Source of the DNA: Porphyridium purpureum
Taxonomy: Eukaryota
Direction of reading: 5' to 3'
DNA: 64,000 nucleotides
NCBI GenBank assembly: GCA_008690995.1
Contig: VRMN01000003.1
Location: 1,116,001 to 1,180,000 of the forward strand
Each line of letters begins with the position of its first letter. Within the stretch, counting starts at the first letter, position 1. The notes beneath the pieces are model-generated. The model did no database searches, was not told the DNA's origin, and saw nothing but the letters and a program-made list of their open reading frames with translations. Made by a program: the position numbers and the translations under genes. This document shows positions 21,014 to 32,841 of this stretch, in pieces.

Positions 21014-23776
21014 ATGGCCCATGACGTGAGGCACTCTGCGAAGAAATCGACGACTGTTGAGGTGCTGGCATGGACTCATATTGGCGCACTGTCAACAGGG
21101 CACATTCGTCATCGGAACGTTGCGTCCTTCTGTTCTTGCGCTTCCGGCTTCGCGCGCTCTAGATGCTCTTCCGTCCACTTGTACTCTGCATATTCGGAAC
21201 AAGTGTCAGGGCGCACGTCCTCCAGTCTCCTGAGAGAGCTGGAAGAACGTGCCCAAGAGCCACTGCAATTGGAACAGATCCAGCGCCTGCGGAACGTGGC
21301 GGTAGGACTGAAGACCGAGCCAAACGTCGAGCGTTTCGTGCACATGCTCCATGTTTTCTTGGAACGAATCAAGGCAGAGCGGCAACGAGAAGAGGCAAAG
21401 CCGCGTGAGAATGAAATTGCCCTGGTGCTCCTGCTCAAGGCGCTCGCCGAGGGTAACCGTCGGTTGGCAGCACAAGAGTTCACAGCATCTGGGCAAGCGC
21501 TCTTGAGTGCACTTACACAGTCTCGCTTTTTATCCCTGTGGCAAGACGCGTTCCATGATCTGCTGCCGACCTGCACTGCACGATCCCTCAGCTCCATTAT
21601 GCACTCTTTCGGCATACTCGCGCATTCACCGCAGGGCTCTTCTTTCGGAAATGCACTGGTAGCGACTATGGAGCTCAAGCTGGTGTCGTTTGATTCCGTG
21701 GCAATTGCCCTGTGTTTGCACTCGTTTGCATGCCTAGCGTGGAATCCAGGTACGTCGTTCATGCAGAAGTGGAGCCTACGTGCGCGTGAATTTATGGCGT
21801 CCAGCTATTCATCTCGCTCGCTCGCGCAAATGATGTCGGCTTTCACACGTCCCCGTTTCGAATTCAGTGCTGTCGAAATTGAGTTTGTTGTTCACGCATG
21901 GAGAACGCGACTCCAAGAAAGCAGTGACGAGGTCCCCATGGCTCCTGGCGATATTTGTATCTTGTTGCATTCTCTTGCGAAACTGCACGATACGAAGTTG
22001 CACGACCATGCGAGCTTTTCTGCGGTCGCCGATCTTGCAATGCAGAGATTATGCCAACCCTACCCTGGTGAAGAAGGTACGTCGCCCATGCCCATGACAC
22101 CAGCGCCTACCAAAGCTCGATGCATGCTCGACGAGGCCTCTGCAAAAGATCTCGTTTTGAGTCTGTGGGCTTTCGAACGTCTGAGAGTACCGGTGTCCTT
22201 GCGGTTTATGAACTTCTGGGAAAACGGAATATGCTCGGAGACGTTGGCAAATCATTTGACGATTCGAGATTTGAGTATGATTGCTGTAACATTTGCACGC
22301 TTGCCAAAGCAGCCATCTCAAAAGTTGTCGCTACTTTTGACCGAGAAGCTTTTGGCGCTGGAACCACGCGATCTGCTTTCCCGTGCTGAGGTGTCGGCTG
22401 CGGATTCGCCGTACCAGGCTGTATGCAACACAGTGTGGGCCTTTGCATATCTCGATCCTTTCCGTTCGGCAAGCTGGCGTGCAACGTCAAGAGATGAGGC
22501 CGAGCGGCTGCACACGCGCTTAGTCAGGCAATTGTGCAATCTGTACAGTAAGATATCTACATCAACTTTTTGTTCACCGAACGCGAGAGAAGATGTAATG
22601 TTCTTGTGGGCCTTGGCCAAGCTGTGCACAAAGCAACATAAGCAAACGTCCAGCGACAATCAAAATGATGGTGTTGGCGGTCAGCGACTCTTTGAAATGG
22701 GTTTTTCTTCGTGGATGCAGCGATTCTGCCAATTGCCACCTCAGTCACAAACAGGATATGGGCCATGGCAGCTGAGCGTCTGCATGTATGCGCTAGCGAA
22801 GAGCAAAATGATCGATCAAATGGACACCACGGCGATGCGCATTTTTTATCGCCAATGGATGCGATGCTGGAGGAAAGACATGCATGCTGCTGATTTTCAT
22901 TCAATCACTTTAGCGTTATGGTCTTTGGCTTCGATGCGCAGATTATCACGGGCGTTCTTCTCTCGCGCGGCAGCGCTACTTCTTTTTCGTGTCCGCGAGT
23001 TGGACGAGATGGATCCGGAACGCGTAGGTCTCTCACCACAGCAGGTTGGGTTCTTCTTGTGGTCCTGTGCACGTGCATATACTCCCAGCGTTTTCGAGAA
23101 GCTTACCGAAGACGACGCGGTGAAGGAAGCCGTTCGGTCCACCATTATGATATTTACGGAGCACGTGAAAATGCGGCGTGTACGTGCGTGTGAACTTGCG
23201 ATGAGTGTATGGGCACTGGGTAAACTCAGGTACTCGCCAGCTGTATGCGACGAGCTGGTCCAAGCCGTCGTAGAATTGATGGGAGACGAAGCTTGTACAT
23301 CCTTTGCGTGGGATGGTCAGAGTTGGACAGTCGTAACCTGGTGGTTTTCGCGCATAGATGTCTTTGTGCTGCGCGACAACAGTGCGCTTCGGTCCAAATG
23401 GATGGATGACCGTTTCTCTCTGGTGTCGCGGAGCCTCACGGTCAGACAACTTGGTATGATCATATGGAGCTTGGGGCGTACCGACGTTCCTTACGGACGC
23501 AATTTTGCAGCGCTGTACTGCATGGCGTTGCAAGAAGCAATCAAGAAACGCGACCGTGACCCTCGCCACGAGCCTGTTCTAGAGCTCGATCTTCTGCGCA
23601 AGGTTCTAACCTGGACGAAGGTCTATTTTTTTGGCTCTTTGATCAATGCAGAGCGCCTGGGCGGCAGTGGTCTACCCGCACCAGCAGCTGACGACCAGTG
23701 GCTCGATGCTGATCACAAACACTCCTCGCTTTCCATTCAACAGCAGTTCAACGCGCTCATGGACACAATTCAGTAG
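21014..23776 (+). CDS. OPR/HPR-type helical-repeat organellar RNA-binding protein
   Basis: Recurrent helices SLSSIMHSFGIL, DLVLSLWAFERL, DLSMIAVTFARL, AVCNTVWAFAYL, ELAMSVWALGKL, QLGMIIWSLGR; Ser/Arg-rich N-terminus; start uncertain. Confidence 0.8.
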   Translation: MAHDVRHSAKKSTTVEVLAWTHIGALSTGHIRHRNVASFCSCASGFARSRCSSVHLYSAYSEQVSGRTSSSLLRELEERAQEPLQLEQIQRLRNVAVGLKTEPNVERFVHMLHVFLERIKAERQREEAKPRENEIALVLLLKALAEGNRRLAAQEFTASGQALLSALTQSRFLSLWQDAFHDLLPTCTARSLSSIMHSFGILAHSPQGSSFGNALVATMELKLVSFDSVAIALCLHSFACLAWNPGTSFMQKWSLRAREFMASSYSSRSLAQMMSAFTRPRFEFSAVEIEFVVHAWRTRLQESSDEVPMAPGDICILLHSLAKLHDTKLHDHASFSAVADLAMQRLCQPYPGEEGTSPMPMTPAPTKARCMLDEASAKDLVLSLWAFERLRVPVSLRFMNFWENGICSETLANHLTIRDLSMIAVTFARLPKQPSQKLSLLLTEKLLALEPRDLLSRAEVSAADSPYQAVCNTVWAFAYLDPFRSASWRATSRDEAERLHTRLVRQLCNLYSKISTSTFCSPNAREDVMFLWALAKLCTKQHKQTSSDNQNDGVGGQRLFEMGFSSWMQRFCQLPPQSQTGYGPWQLSVCMYALAKSKMIDQMDTTAMRIFYRQWMRCWRKDMHAADFHSITLALWSLASMRRLSRAFFSRAAALLLFRVRELDEMDPERVGLSPQQVGFFLWSCARAYTPSVFEKLTEDDAVKEAVRSTIMIFTEHVKMRRVRACELAMSVWALGKLRYSPAVCDELVQAVVELMGDEACTSFAWDGQSWTVVTWWFSRIDVFVLRDNSALRSKWMDDRFSLVSRSLTVRQLGMIIWSLGRTDVPYGRNFAALYCMALQEAIKKRDRDPRHEPVLELDLLRKVLTWTKVYFFGSLINAERLGGSGLPAPAADDQWLDADHKHSSLSIQQQFNALMDTIQ

Positions 23777-24386
23777 GAAAGTGGTACACTAAATTCCAAG
23801 AAAGCCTTTTAGTGGATAGGCTTATTACGTGATGTGGAAGAACAATGAACCGACGTTCACTGCCGAAAGACCGAACCAAACAGATACCCGAAGGCAACTG
23901 TTTAGTCTCCTTACACTAGATCTCTCTACCTTAAAGCTGAGTGGTTGGGCCTGTGGCAGGGGTGAAACGGTGTGCTTGTATACCTGTGTGGCGCCGTCGA
24001 CGACGGCCGCCGACAGCTCTGCTGTCGCCCAATGCGGGCACACACGAGCCTAAGCCTGCATCGTCTGCCTCGACATGCATGCAGCGGCTCACTCCGCTTA
24101 CCGGAGCAGAACACCCGCGCTCGATACGGAGGTACAGGTAGACCTCCAAATCACGAATTCTGAGCCGCTGCGCGCGCAGCTTGTCATGGCATGTTGTTGC
24201 CGAAGCAGGGCACGTCCGAAGCTGGCCTCATCCAGTTGTCGGGTGCTCTGAGCATACGCTCGCGCACGCGGAACATCGAGGGCATGCTGGTTCTGGCGTC
24301 AGGCATCTGCTTGACGGTACACGACACGTTGTCTCAGTATCTTTGATCGTTGTTTGGGCGTGTGACTTTGCCTGACCAAGTGAACA

Positions 24387-25214
24387 ATGAGAGCGGATGA
24401 TGAGCAAAGAAGCGGAACGTCGGTGCCTCCGGTGAAGGTGGTTGACTTTCACCAGGCGCCTACGTACCTGCGCCGACCATACATTTTACATGGGTACCGC
24501 GTGGGAGGCACACGACGCATGGCGCTCGCGGCGCTTTTTTATGAACTGAACAATGAGACTTTGAACGCGTGGACAATGATTTTAGGTATTATCTACTCGA
24601 CGTGGCGATTCTGGACCGTCCTTATCGACACAGCTCGTGCTGAGGTCCATATTAGCTTTCTAATCCTGTGGTTTGCCGCTGCATCGCACGTTGGATTCTC
24701 GATAGCTCTGCATGCTTTCATTGGGATTTCCGAGGCGGAGCGCGTGGTGTTTCGAACGCTTGACGTGGTCATGCTGCAACAAAGTATATTTCTCAAGGGT
24801 GTGGCCTTTTGCCTGGCGCTCCCTGTGCCCGGGTGGTTTCTGACTTTCTACGTTTTTGGTGTGGTCGTTGTGCTTATGTACAGCTTCTATACCTGCACGA
24901 TCAGGAACAGGATCTGGACCATCCCGAAACCGGAGCTGGCACGTCACATGCAGTACATTACATTCGGTTATTTGCTTCCGCTTTGGACGTACGCTGCTCT
25001 CAACATTGGAGGCTTGACGCTTGTGGCCAGCATAACCTTCCTGATCTGGTTTGGCGGCGCTGTCTTATACGCGAAGCACTATCCAGAACGCCTGTGGCCG
25101 GGTGTGTTTGACTGCGTTGCGTCCAGCCATATTCTCATGCACCTTGTCGCCCAAAGCGTCCATGTGCTCGAGTACCGCTTCCTAGACCGTGCACTGGCCG
25201 ATGTGCCCAAATGA
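24387..25214 (+). CDS. PAQR / haemolysin-III family (adiponectin-receptor-like) membrane protein
   Basis: YILHGYR, NETLNAWT, multiple TM helices, YPERLWPGVFD..SSHILMH. Confidence 0.9.
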   Translation: MRADDEQRSGTSVPPVKVVDFHQAPTYLRRPYILHGYRVGGTRRMALAALFYELNNETLNAWTMILGIIYSTWRFWTVLIDTARAEVHISFLILWFAAASHVGFSIALHAFIGISEAERVVFRTLDVVMLQQSIFLKGVAFCLALPVPGWFLTFYVFGVVVVLMYSFYTCTIRNRIWTIPKPELARHMQYITFGYLLPLWTYAALNIGGLTLVASITFLIWFGGAVLYAKHYPERLWPGVFDCVASSHILMHLVAQSVHVLEYRFLDRALADVPK

Positions 25215-25548
25215 ACATGCTGAAACCTGTGAAGAGAGTACCGATACTCCGATGACTTTGCAGCTATCCCAGCCCTACAACCTTCGGCGGAGGCGTCTTG
25301 TCGAGGTTTCAACCGGTCTTTTCTCTGATCCTTCCCTTCATTCTTCGTTTACGTCAAAGGACTTGTGGCTCAAGCTTACCATTTACCGAACGAGTGCATG
25401 GGTTGTGCTCTGAGGATCTGGGCTCATCGCGCAGCGACCAATTCACTCCGTTGTCTAAAACGCATAAAGTTGCTCTGACGCGGCCGGCGTCTCTGTGTTC
25501 AGGATCGACACCTTTCGTTGATATCGTGGTGGCGGGTTGCTGAACAGG

Positions 25549-26538
25549 ATGGTGTCGCAGATACCAAGCGCGGTTGCGCAGTTGCTCATTCAAACCCAGT
25601 GTGCGCTGGGTGAGTCCCCGGTCTACGCGTACGGGGCGCTGCACTTTGCGGATCTCCTGCGGGGTGTAGTATTCCGCTGGGTACCCGAGACAAATTTGCT
25701 GCAGCAAGTAGTGTGTAGGTATAAAGGGGCGGCAGTGCTTCTGGGCTCGATTGGCGTGCTGGATCAGGGCCGTACGAATGGTTTGCTAGTTGCATCGCAC
25801 CATGGCGTGCACGTGGTGGAGACTGGCGTCTGGGACTCTCCCATCATGGAGCTGCCAGACCCCTTGTGTGATCCGCTTCGAGAGGTCGTCGAGGGCACCG
25901 GCGAGGACCGAAAAGTGGTGCGACTGAACGATGGCCGTGCGTCGCCGTGTGGGAGATTTGTGGTTGGGGCATATAACAGTGCACATCGCCAGAATGGCCG
26001 CGCTGTTGGCGGGGTTTACTGCGTGGATGCTCACGGAAACTGCGAGAGGATCAACGCGCTTGGCAATGTTCGGGTAGCCAACGGTACGTGCTGGGATCCG
26101 ACGGGCACTTTCATGTATTTCTGTGATAGCCCAACGGGTGTGCTTAAAAAGCTGCGGTGGACGCGAACTGGTGTTCCAGATTCAGTAGACCAGGTGGTGT
26201 ATGACGTGCAGGAGCATCCCAGCGATGCTGATGCATTCGGTGGATCTATGGACGGCGCGTGCGCGGACGACCAAGGGGGAATCTGGGTCGCTCGTATGCG
26301 CGGTGGGTGCGCGGTGCGACACGACAAAAGCTCAGGCGCGGTGACGCACATCGTTCGCACGCCAGAGACCGTCCAGCAAGTAGCGTCCTGCTGTGTTGGA
26401 AACGACACCCTCTTCCTCACCACAGCAAACCGCGGCGAGGATCTCACCAAATGCCATGGCGCCGGTGCTGTCTTTTCGTTTCAGCTCTCTGAGTTTGGCC
26501 TGACTGCATCACGAGACGAGCATGCCTTTTCGCTTTAG
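25549..26538 (+). CDS. SMP-30/gluconolactonase/regucalcin family beta-propeller
   Basis: LGESP, RLNDG, ANG..W, MYFCDS, DG.C.D..G.IWVA, LFLTTA. Confidence 0.92.
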   Translation: MVSQIPSAVAQLLIQTQCALGESPVYAYGALHFADLLRGVVFRWVPETNLLQQVVCRYKGAAVLLGSIGVLDQGRTNGLLVASHHGVHVVETGVWDSPIMELPDPLCDPLREVVEGTGEDRKVVRLNDGRASPCGRFVVGAYNSAHRQNGRAVGGVYCVDAHGNCERINALGNVRVANGTCWDPTGTFMYFCDSPTGVLKKLRWTRTGVPDSVDQVVYDVQEHPSDADAFGGSMDGACADDQGGIWVARMRGGCAVRHDKSSGAVTHIVRTPETVQQVASCCVGNDTLFLTTANRGEDLTKCHGAGAVFSFQLSEFGLTASRDEHAFSL

Positions 26539-26584
26539 TCGCATACACGAGATTTTATTGCTGGTCCCCAAACGCATACGCTGT

Positions 26585-27541
26585 TTATGCGGTCTCGCTT
26601 GCCCGTCGTCTTCTCCGACGGGGCTTGCGCCTATTGCTTCTTCGCTTCGCTATTGCATCTTGGAGCCATTCACCAACTTGGTCTCTGTGCTCCGGCATCG
26701 CGTGCAATCGCTTGCGCCCCTGCTGAATCTTCACGGTAGGAGCTTCAGAATTTTCGTCCATGGTCAGGAGCGATATTGTCGCGTAGTGCTCAAACTGAGA
26801 TTCTGGATGATTGCTGCGAATCAGCAGCACCATATCGCGAACCCAAAACTCGCCCAGCGAGTGACCCTGCACACCCGCATTTTCATTGTGCGAAGCTGCC
26901 AAGTCCAGTGCATCCTGATGTAAGCTGGTGTGTGTCACAGTCATGTGAGGAATAAAGGGTTTGCGGATCCATCTCTCATTGTCCGTCCCTACAGCGGAAG
27001 ACACACATCTAATCAGCTGCTGCCAAGGATTACCCTGACTGTGCATCTTGGCGCTTTCCTCATCAAGCCCGTCCTCCTCAATCACCACCGGGTCGAGCCA
27101 AACTACGCCTCCTGAGCCCGTTTTAAATGTGTCGCACTTTGCCAGTCGGACTTTGAACGGCTTCAGTCGCGCGTTGAAGATGGCGTCGCTCAGAGCTGTC
27201 TCGAGCCATCCTGCACTAGCCTCCAATTCGCCCGGTTGCTCGATGGGCCGGTTCGGATCAGGACATGGGTACATCAAGTTGATATGCGGAGGCCACCGCC
27301 ACAGCCCAGGATCTTTCCACTCGCTGCGCAGCTCCTGAACTCTGTTCCAAACGTGCGCCTCGTCGGAAAACCCGCTAGCGACTGGCATGGGGGGTATTAT
27401 GGCCAGCGCAGCGTGATGGACGGGATTGATTTCCCGGCATGGCGCAGCGCACATTTGCACCGGCTGCCTCACATGCACGCGCGATAAGCGCGGCGACTGT
27501 GGCCGGATGGTAAAGTGAAGAACCCCGAACGTGAGTAACAT
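26585..27541 (-). CDS. 2H phosphoesterase (2'-5' RNA ligase-like, LENG9-type)
   Basis: ALAIIPP, RWPPHINLMYP and FIPHMTV 2H motifs; transit-peptide-like N-terminus; Arg-rich C-terminus. Confidence 0.8.
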   Translation of the reverse strand: MLLTFGVLHFTIRPQSPRLSRVHVRQPVQMCAAPCREINPVHHAALAIIPPMPVASGFSDEAHVWNRVQELRSEWKDPGLWRWPPHINLMYPCPDPNRPIEQPGELEASAGWLETALSDAIFNARLKPFKVRLAKCDTFKTGSGGVVWLDPVVIEEDGLDEESAKMHSQGNPWQQLIRCVSSAVGTDNERWIRKPFIPHMTVTHTSLHQDALDLAASHNENAGVQGHSLGEFWVRDMVLLIRSNHPESQFEHYATISLLTMDENSEAPTVKIQQGRKRLHAMPEHRDQVGEWLQDAIAKRRSNRRKPRRRRRRASETA

Positions 27542-27688
27542 GATGACCACCCTTTTCTCATTTTTACGCTGTGACTGCGGAACAAACGAAGAAACAATGC
27601 GTGCTTTATTCTACTACGAGCTAGAACCGGCGTGGAGTACGTATGGTGACAGAGAAGTGCGAATAGGAGGTGAGAAAGCGTTAAAATC

Positions 27689-27694
27689 TTACAT

Positions 27695-27742
<48 letters not shown>

Positions 27743-29857
27743 ACCGCCGCCCATCTCGGGCTCGTCCTTTTCGGGCAAGTCAGTAATCATGCACTCTGTG
27801 GTGCACATGAGGCCTGCAACTGACGCAGCGCGCTCAAGCGCAGTGCGCACCACCTTGGTCGGATCGATGATACCCTTGACCACCATGTCAACGAACTCGC
27901 CTCGGTACGCGTCGTAGCCCATCCCAGGCTCCATGGCCAACAGCTTCTCCACAATGACCATGCCTTCAGCGCCCGCGTTCTTTGCAATCGCAATGCACGG
28001 TTGGCGCATGGCCTTGCGCACAATATTAATGCCCACGTTCTGGTCAAAATTGTCGCCCTTCAGATCCTCCAGAATCTTGGAGCTCTGGAGTAGCGCAGTG
28101 CCGCCCCCGGGTACGATACCTTCCTCCACAGCTGCGCGAGTCGCGTTCAAAGCGTCCGTGTAGCGGTCTTTCTTTTCTCCCACCTCTACTTCAGACGCAC
28201 CGCCGACCTTGATCACGGCAACGCCACCGGAGAGTTTTGCCAGGCGCTCGGACAGTTTTTCTTTCTCATAGTCCGACGTGCTAACCTCCATGGCCTGTCG
28301 GATCGTGTCGCAGCGTTCAGCAATCGCTTCATGTGATCCCTTGCCGCTCAGCAAAATCGTGTCGTCCTTGGTGACGGTGACCTTCCCAACAGAGCCGAGC
28401 TGATCAAGCGTCATGTCTTCTAACTTCAGATCAAGCTCCTCGCTTACCACCTGCGCGCCGGCCATCACCGCAATATCCCAAATGTTGGCTTTGCGATTAT
28501 CACCAAAGCCGGGCGCCTTGACGGCGCACACTTTGATGCCTCCGCGCAGCTTGTTCACGACGAGGGTAGCGAGCGCTTCCGACTCTACGTCTTCAGCGAC
28601 AATCAGGAGCGGGCGTTGTGTCTGCACGACTTGCTCAAGGATTGGAATGAGCGACTGGACCGTGCTCACCTTTTTCTCCACAACAAGAAGCAGGGCGTTT
28701 TCAAATTCAACCTTTTGGGACTTTTGATCTGTCACAAAGTAAGGCGAAATGAAGCCGCGGTCAAATTTCATGCCTTCGACCACTTCGAGCTCATCGGAAA
28801 CAGTCTTGCCCTCAGACACCGTGATCGTACCTTCATGGCCAACCCGTTCCATCGCATCTGCAATCATCGAGCCGATGGCCGTATCACCGTTTGCCGAAAT
28901 GGTTGCAACCTGGAATCCCAGAAAGAGGCATAAATGAGAAGTAAAACGAAAGAGCAGAGCATCGTTCGAGTAGAAGGAATCAGAAGAGTCAGCATCGCGT
29001 CTACCGTCTTTCACAGAGTGCAAGAAGCACCCTCTAACTCAAAAATAAATCGTGGAAGTCCACTGAGCCCGTCGTGTGCCCCGCAACCGAGTCAGAGTAA
29101 CTATGACATAAAATGAACAGTCACCATGCCGAAAGAGCCACAAGTTATGCGCAGACCAAGGCACAGAACGCGCCAATTGGTCAAACACCTGGAGCCTACC
29201 ACGCCCGCAGAGAAGCGGGCACGTGCATTCGCTGTTACCTGGCACTGGGGCCAATTGTCATCATCCAAATCGCAGAAAGAAGGGACTGGGCACTGTCCAC
29301 GTGTGGCACACTCACGAGCTCGTGCTCCAAGTGATCGACCACCAAAATTGAAAGCTTAGATATGAAGAACGTACCGATGTGATTTCCTCCTTGGAGGTGA
29401 TCTTTCGCGTCATGGACTTGAGCTGTTCCAGGACCTTTTCGACACTGAGGTCGATGCCGCGCTTCAGGTCCATGGGGTTCATTCCGGCGGCGACGGCCTT
29501 GATTCCTTCCGCATAGATAGAGCGCGTGAGCACGGTGGCTGTTGTGGTGCCATCGCCAGCAATATCATTTGTGGCGCTGGCGACCGAGCGCACCAGTCCG
29601 GCACCGAGGTTCATGTGCTTGTCCTTGAACTCGATGTTCTTTGCGACTGTGACGCCATCCTTCGTGATCTGGGGCGAGCCGTACGACTTCTCGATGATGA
29701 CGTTTCTGCCCTTCGGCCCGAGGGTGACCTGCACTGCATCTGCGAGCGCGTCGACGCCGCGGAGCATCAGGTTGCGAGCCTCGATGGAGAAGCGCAGATC
29801 CTTTGCGGTCGCGTACCCGCGGCGCGCGAGCGCGTGAATCGCCATACGCCTCATCAT
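27689..29857 (-). CDS. HSP60: Mitochondrial chaperonin 60, two exons (29857-29375 and 28909-27689; 567 aa)
   Basis: Presequence [48 protein letters not shown] tail. A phase-0 GTACGT...CAG intron joins EEITS to VATISANGD. Confidence 0.97.
28910..29374 (-). other. Spliceosomal intron of HSP60 (465 nt)
   Basis: Donor GTACGT (29374-29369), CTGAC branch-like motif near 28990, pyrimidine-rich tract, acceptor CAG ending at 28910; splicing restores the reading frame. Confidence 0.92.
29088..29268 (-). ncRNA. Intronic C/D-box snoRNA, probable snR63/SNORD46 (U46/U40) counterpart
   Basis: C box ATGATGA (29264-29258), C'-like ATGGTGA (29127-29121), D box CTGA (29095-29092) directly preceded by GTCATAGTTACT, which is complementary to conserved LSU rRNA AGUAACUAUGAC. 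Ends approximate. Confidence 0.8.
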
Positions 29858-32841
29858 CTTCCAGAGCTCTCTCTCTCTCTATCCAACCGGCCCACTCCCT
29901 GCCTATCCACCACCACCACCCACCACGTCCTCTTCCCCTCTGCCTCTCTGTGTCTCACCCGCCCTTGATCTACTCGTCAACCGGCATGTTCCTTCGCATG
30001 GCGCTCCGCACTCCCTCACCACAAGAATCATCAAACCACGCACGTTTAGACTGCAACACGCCGTCGGTGCCAGACAGGCTCTTTCTGGAACCGTCCAGCT
30101 GTACCTCATCACAACAAGGACACTGTACTTCGTCTTGGTTCTGAGGTACGGCGATCAAAAAAGGGGAAGAAGCAACGCACACGGTACAGCGTGCGTGAAA
30201 CATACCCAAACGGTGCCGCCTCTGTTGTGAATCACGGGATACGTGAGAGATGAGAAACTATATCCCAGCTGTGCTGGGTTTGCACGGTTGAACTTAATCG
30301 ACTGGTGCAAGGAACTCAATCCTAGAACAATACAATATCTTGTTTTGTACTCTTTATCATCTCTGTCTTCCGTCTTGTAAACTACTAAAGCTCGCTCGTC
30401 GTCGACGAGCTTGTCGTTTTCTACCCTGTTCGCGGACGAGACCCGCGCGTGCGTGGTTCCGGTGCATCATAAGCAGAGGCCCCCGATTTGCTGGACACGC
30501 CCATGCCGTTCGTGACACGAGCAAGGACCCTTGCGTGTTGCTAACTGTAGCACTGCTATAGCCACAGGGTCAGCGACTTTGACTGCACCCTGGAAGCTTC
30601 TTTCAGCCTCTTGAGCGGTTGGACCCGGCTTGCCGCCGGGTGAAGAGAGGCACAAGGACAGAACACAAGGTTCGTAGGAAGGTGTCGTCGGTTGCGATGT
30701 AGAACGGCGCGTCGGCACACAGAGTGGCGACTGACGATGAGGTGGAAAGCTGTCCCAATGGCGTCGGGTGAGTTTCGCATTCACCACACGCGCGTGCGCA
30801 GCAGTCTCTCGCGCTCGCGCATCATTCCCACCTGCCGGTAAAGTGTCGTTTGATGCACAAGAAGCGGGCCGACTGCCGTCCACACTTGCACCACCGCAAA
30901 GTGGCTTTTCTGCGCGTTTTCAAGTCAGTTGGAAACGGATACCGCAAACTGGTGAAGATCAAACCTTCCGAACAGCTCATGAGTGCCAGAGGTACTGAAT
31001 GTGCAACGTAAAACGTGACCTTCCCAAGCCGCTTCTGGTAATTGACATCGCAACAAGCGCGAGCTCGGAATTCAGCAGCGTCTTTGGGCACGCAACACGG
31101 ACATTGAAAAAGTCGGCTCTCAGTGTTGGAGAGAGTGAGACGCCTACGAGCGGCGCAAAGAAACTTCCATGCCGAATATCTCGCGTCAGCCGCAGACGCA
31201 TGATCTCTGCCATTTGAATGCATCTTTTTTCCTAAAGCTCGTACAAATGCCAACTTGTTCTCCTTTTCGCAGTTTGCTTCAAACGCGGGTGATGCACCGT
31301 ACAATCTGTAGCCATGTATTTGTCGTGTTGCGCAAGGCGATGTCAGAGCATGAGAAGTGACATTGTACGCGCCAAGATGGTGCTCACCGAACATGACGTT
31401 CCGAACTGGTAGACAAAGCATCATTCCAGTAACCAGGGACATAACCGCACGCAAAGGGTGGAAAAGACAACGGGGTACGCGAGCCGCGACACAATTGTAA
31501 CCAGATACGCACGGGGTACGTGCGTCGACCTGATGGCATGGTCCGCAGAACTGGCGAGACAGATCCGAAACCAAGCGCGAATTCTGTGTAAATTGCAGGA
31601 TGCGCGACTGCTTTTGCATCTCGCTTGCTCCCGGTGCGTCTTGTCGACTGTCGTTGCAGGTACAGATACAGGGGCGGCGTGCTCCGGCAAAGTGGCCAGG
31701 TTTTAGGTTGCTGGTGCTGTTGCGCTCGATGTGTACGTGTTTCAAGATATCGGAGACGATATCATGCTCACCCGCGCATATACCACGATGTAACTCTAGC
31801 TAAGACACTTCGGGCCAAGAGCGCGGCAGACTTCACGATTTCCGGTGCTCTCACGGCACGCGTAGGGTGGAGTTTTCGTTGAGAATACCTCGAAAGAGGT
31901 ACTTTGGTTCTGACCTTCTTCTGGAATCGAGAAGAATCACGGGCACGTTTTCGATATCAACGTTATCCCCGGTATGTTTTCTGGGGAATTTTCAGCGATT
32001 GCTGTTGCCGGTAAGGTGCGAAGACATCTGCTGCCCACTCGACCGGCAGCGCAACCCCGCGCAGGATCTTCCTGCACTGCTACCATTAAGCGCTCGCAAG
32101 ATACCGTCCGTCAAGGAGCCTTCCGCATTCCAGAGCGCAGAACATACACCGCGCTGGCACGCGCGTGCGCACAGCCCCACCTCGTGGCTGCTTTGCGGCC
32201 TGCGGCGTGCGAGCAGGTATGTCCCTGGTGCAGCACGGCTTGACCCGCGAGTACACTCGGACTTTGTACAGCTTTGTTTTGCGTCGCCGTAACCCTAACG
32301 CCCACGTGTTTGCTTTGTCGCTCGTGAGCCGAAAATCTGCCACGTGTTGTACGCCGCAAAGCTGCCAGCGCAAAGCCGCGCATGTTGCGTTTTTGCCTCG
32401 GCGTGCCGCGCAAAACGCCTCACCGAGCACGCCGCGGATCCAGCACCGCTCTTCGCTGTGCGCAGCTTAGGAACGTGCTTTGGCACGCGGGACTCCTCTG
32501 ACAGCGTCCTCCCAGCCATGCCCCGCACATCCTCGTCGCTTTGTCGCGCGGCAGCGGAGCAGGGGGATCGTAACCCTTACGCCTTGGCGAGACGATTTAT
32601 GCGACACGGGCTTTTCAGTGGCGATTGCAACACTTTCGCCGAACACACACCGCTAATGCCTGTGCAAGAGCGATTTCTTTCTACAGGAACGCACTCGGTT
32701 GTCGCTGCGTGTGAAGTAGACTTTGCAAAGGTCAAACAGGTTATAAGAGGCACCTTCTCGTAAATTCCAGATCGAACTCACTGCGCTCACATGCCGCTCC
32801 ACGCTTGAAAGCGGGGACGTCCGGTCGCATGGAAGAGGGAA

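Noticed and set aside
27692..27754. 9-bp (CCGCCCATG)n repeat
   Set aside because: Encodes the normal GGM tail of HSP60
28910..29023. N-terminal part of ORF 27689..29023 (and the tail of ORF 29312..29857)
   Set aside because: Intron read-through; the splice sites explain both
29234..29250. TTACCTGGCA match to the U1 5' end inside the snoRNA region
   Set aside because: Short, equivalent to a cryptic donor CAG|GTAAC, and not positioned before a clear D' box
30822..31745. 307-aa minus-strand ORF
   Set aside because: Cys/Arg-rich, random-looking composition and no domain motif; not supportable as a gene
32288..32583. TAACCCTAAC as a telomerase RNA template, and the near-duplicate 15-mer CGTAACCCT(A/T)ACGCC at 32288 and 32569
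   Set aside because: A 10-nt telomere-like match is roughly expected by chance in 64 kb, and no supporting promoter or structure was seen
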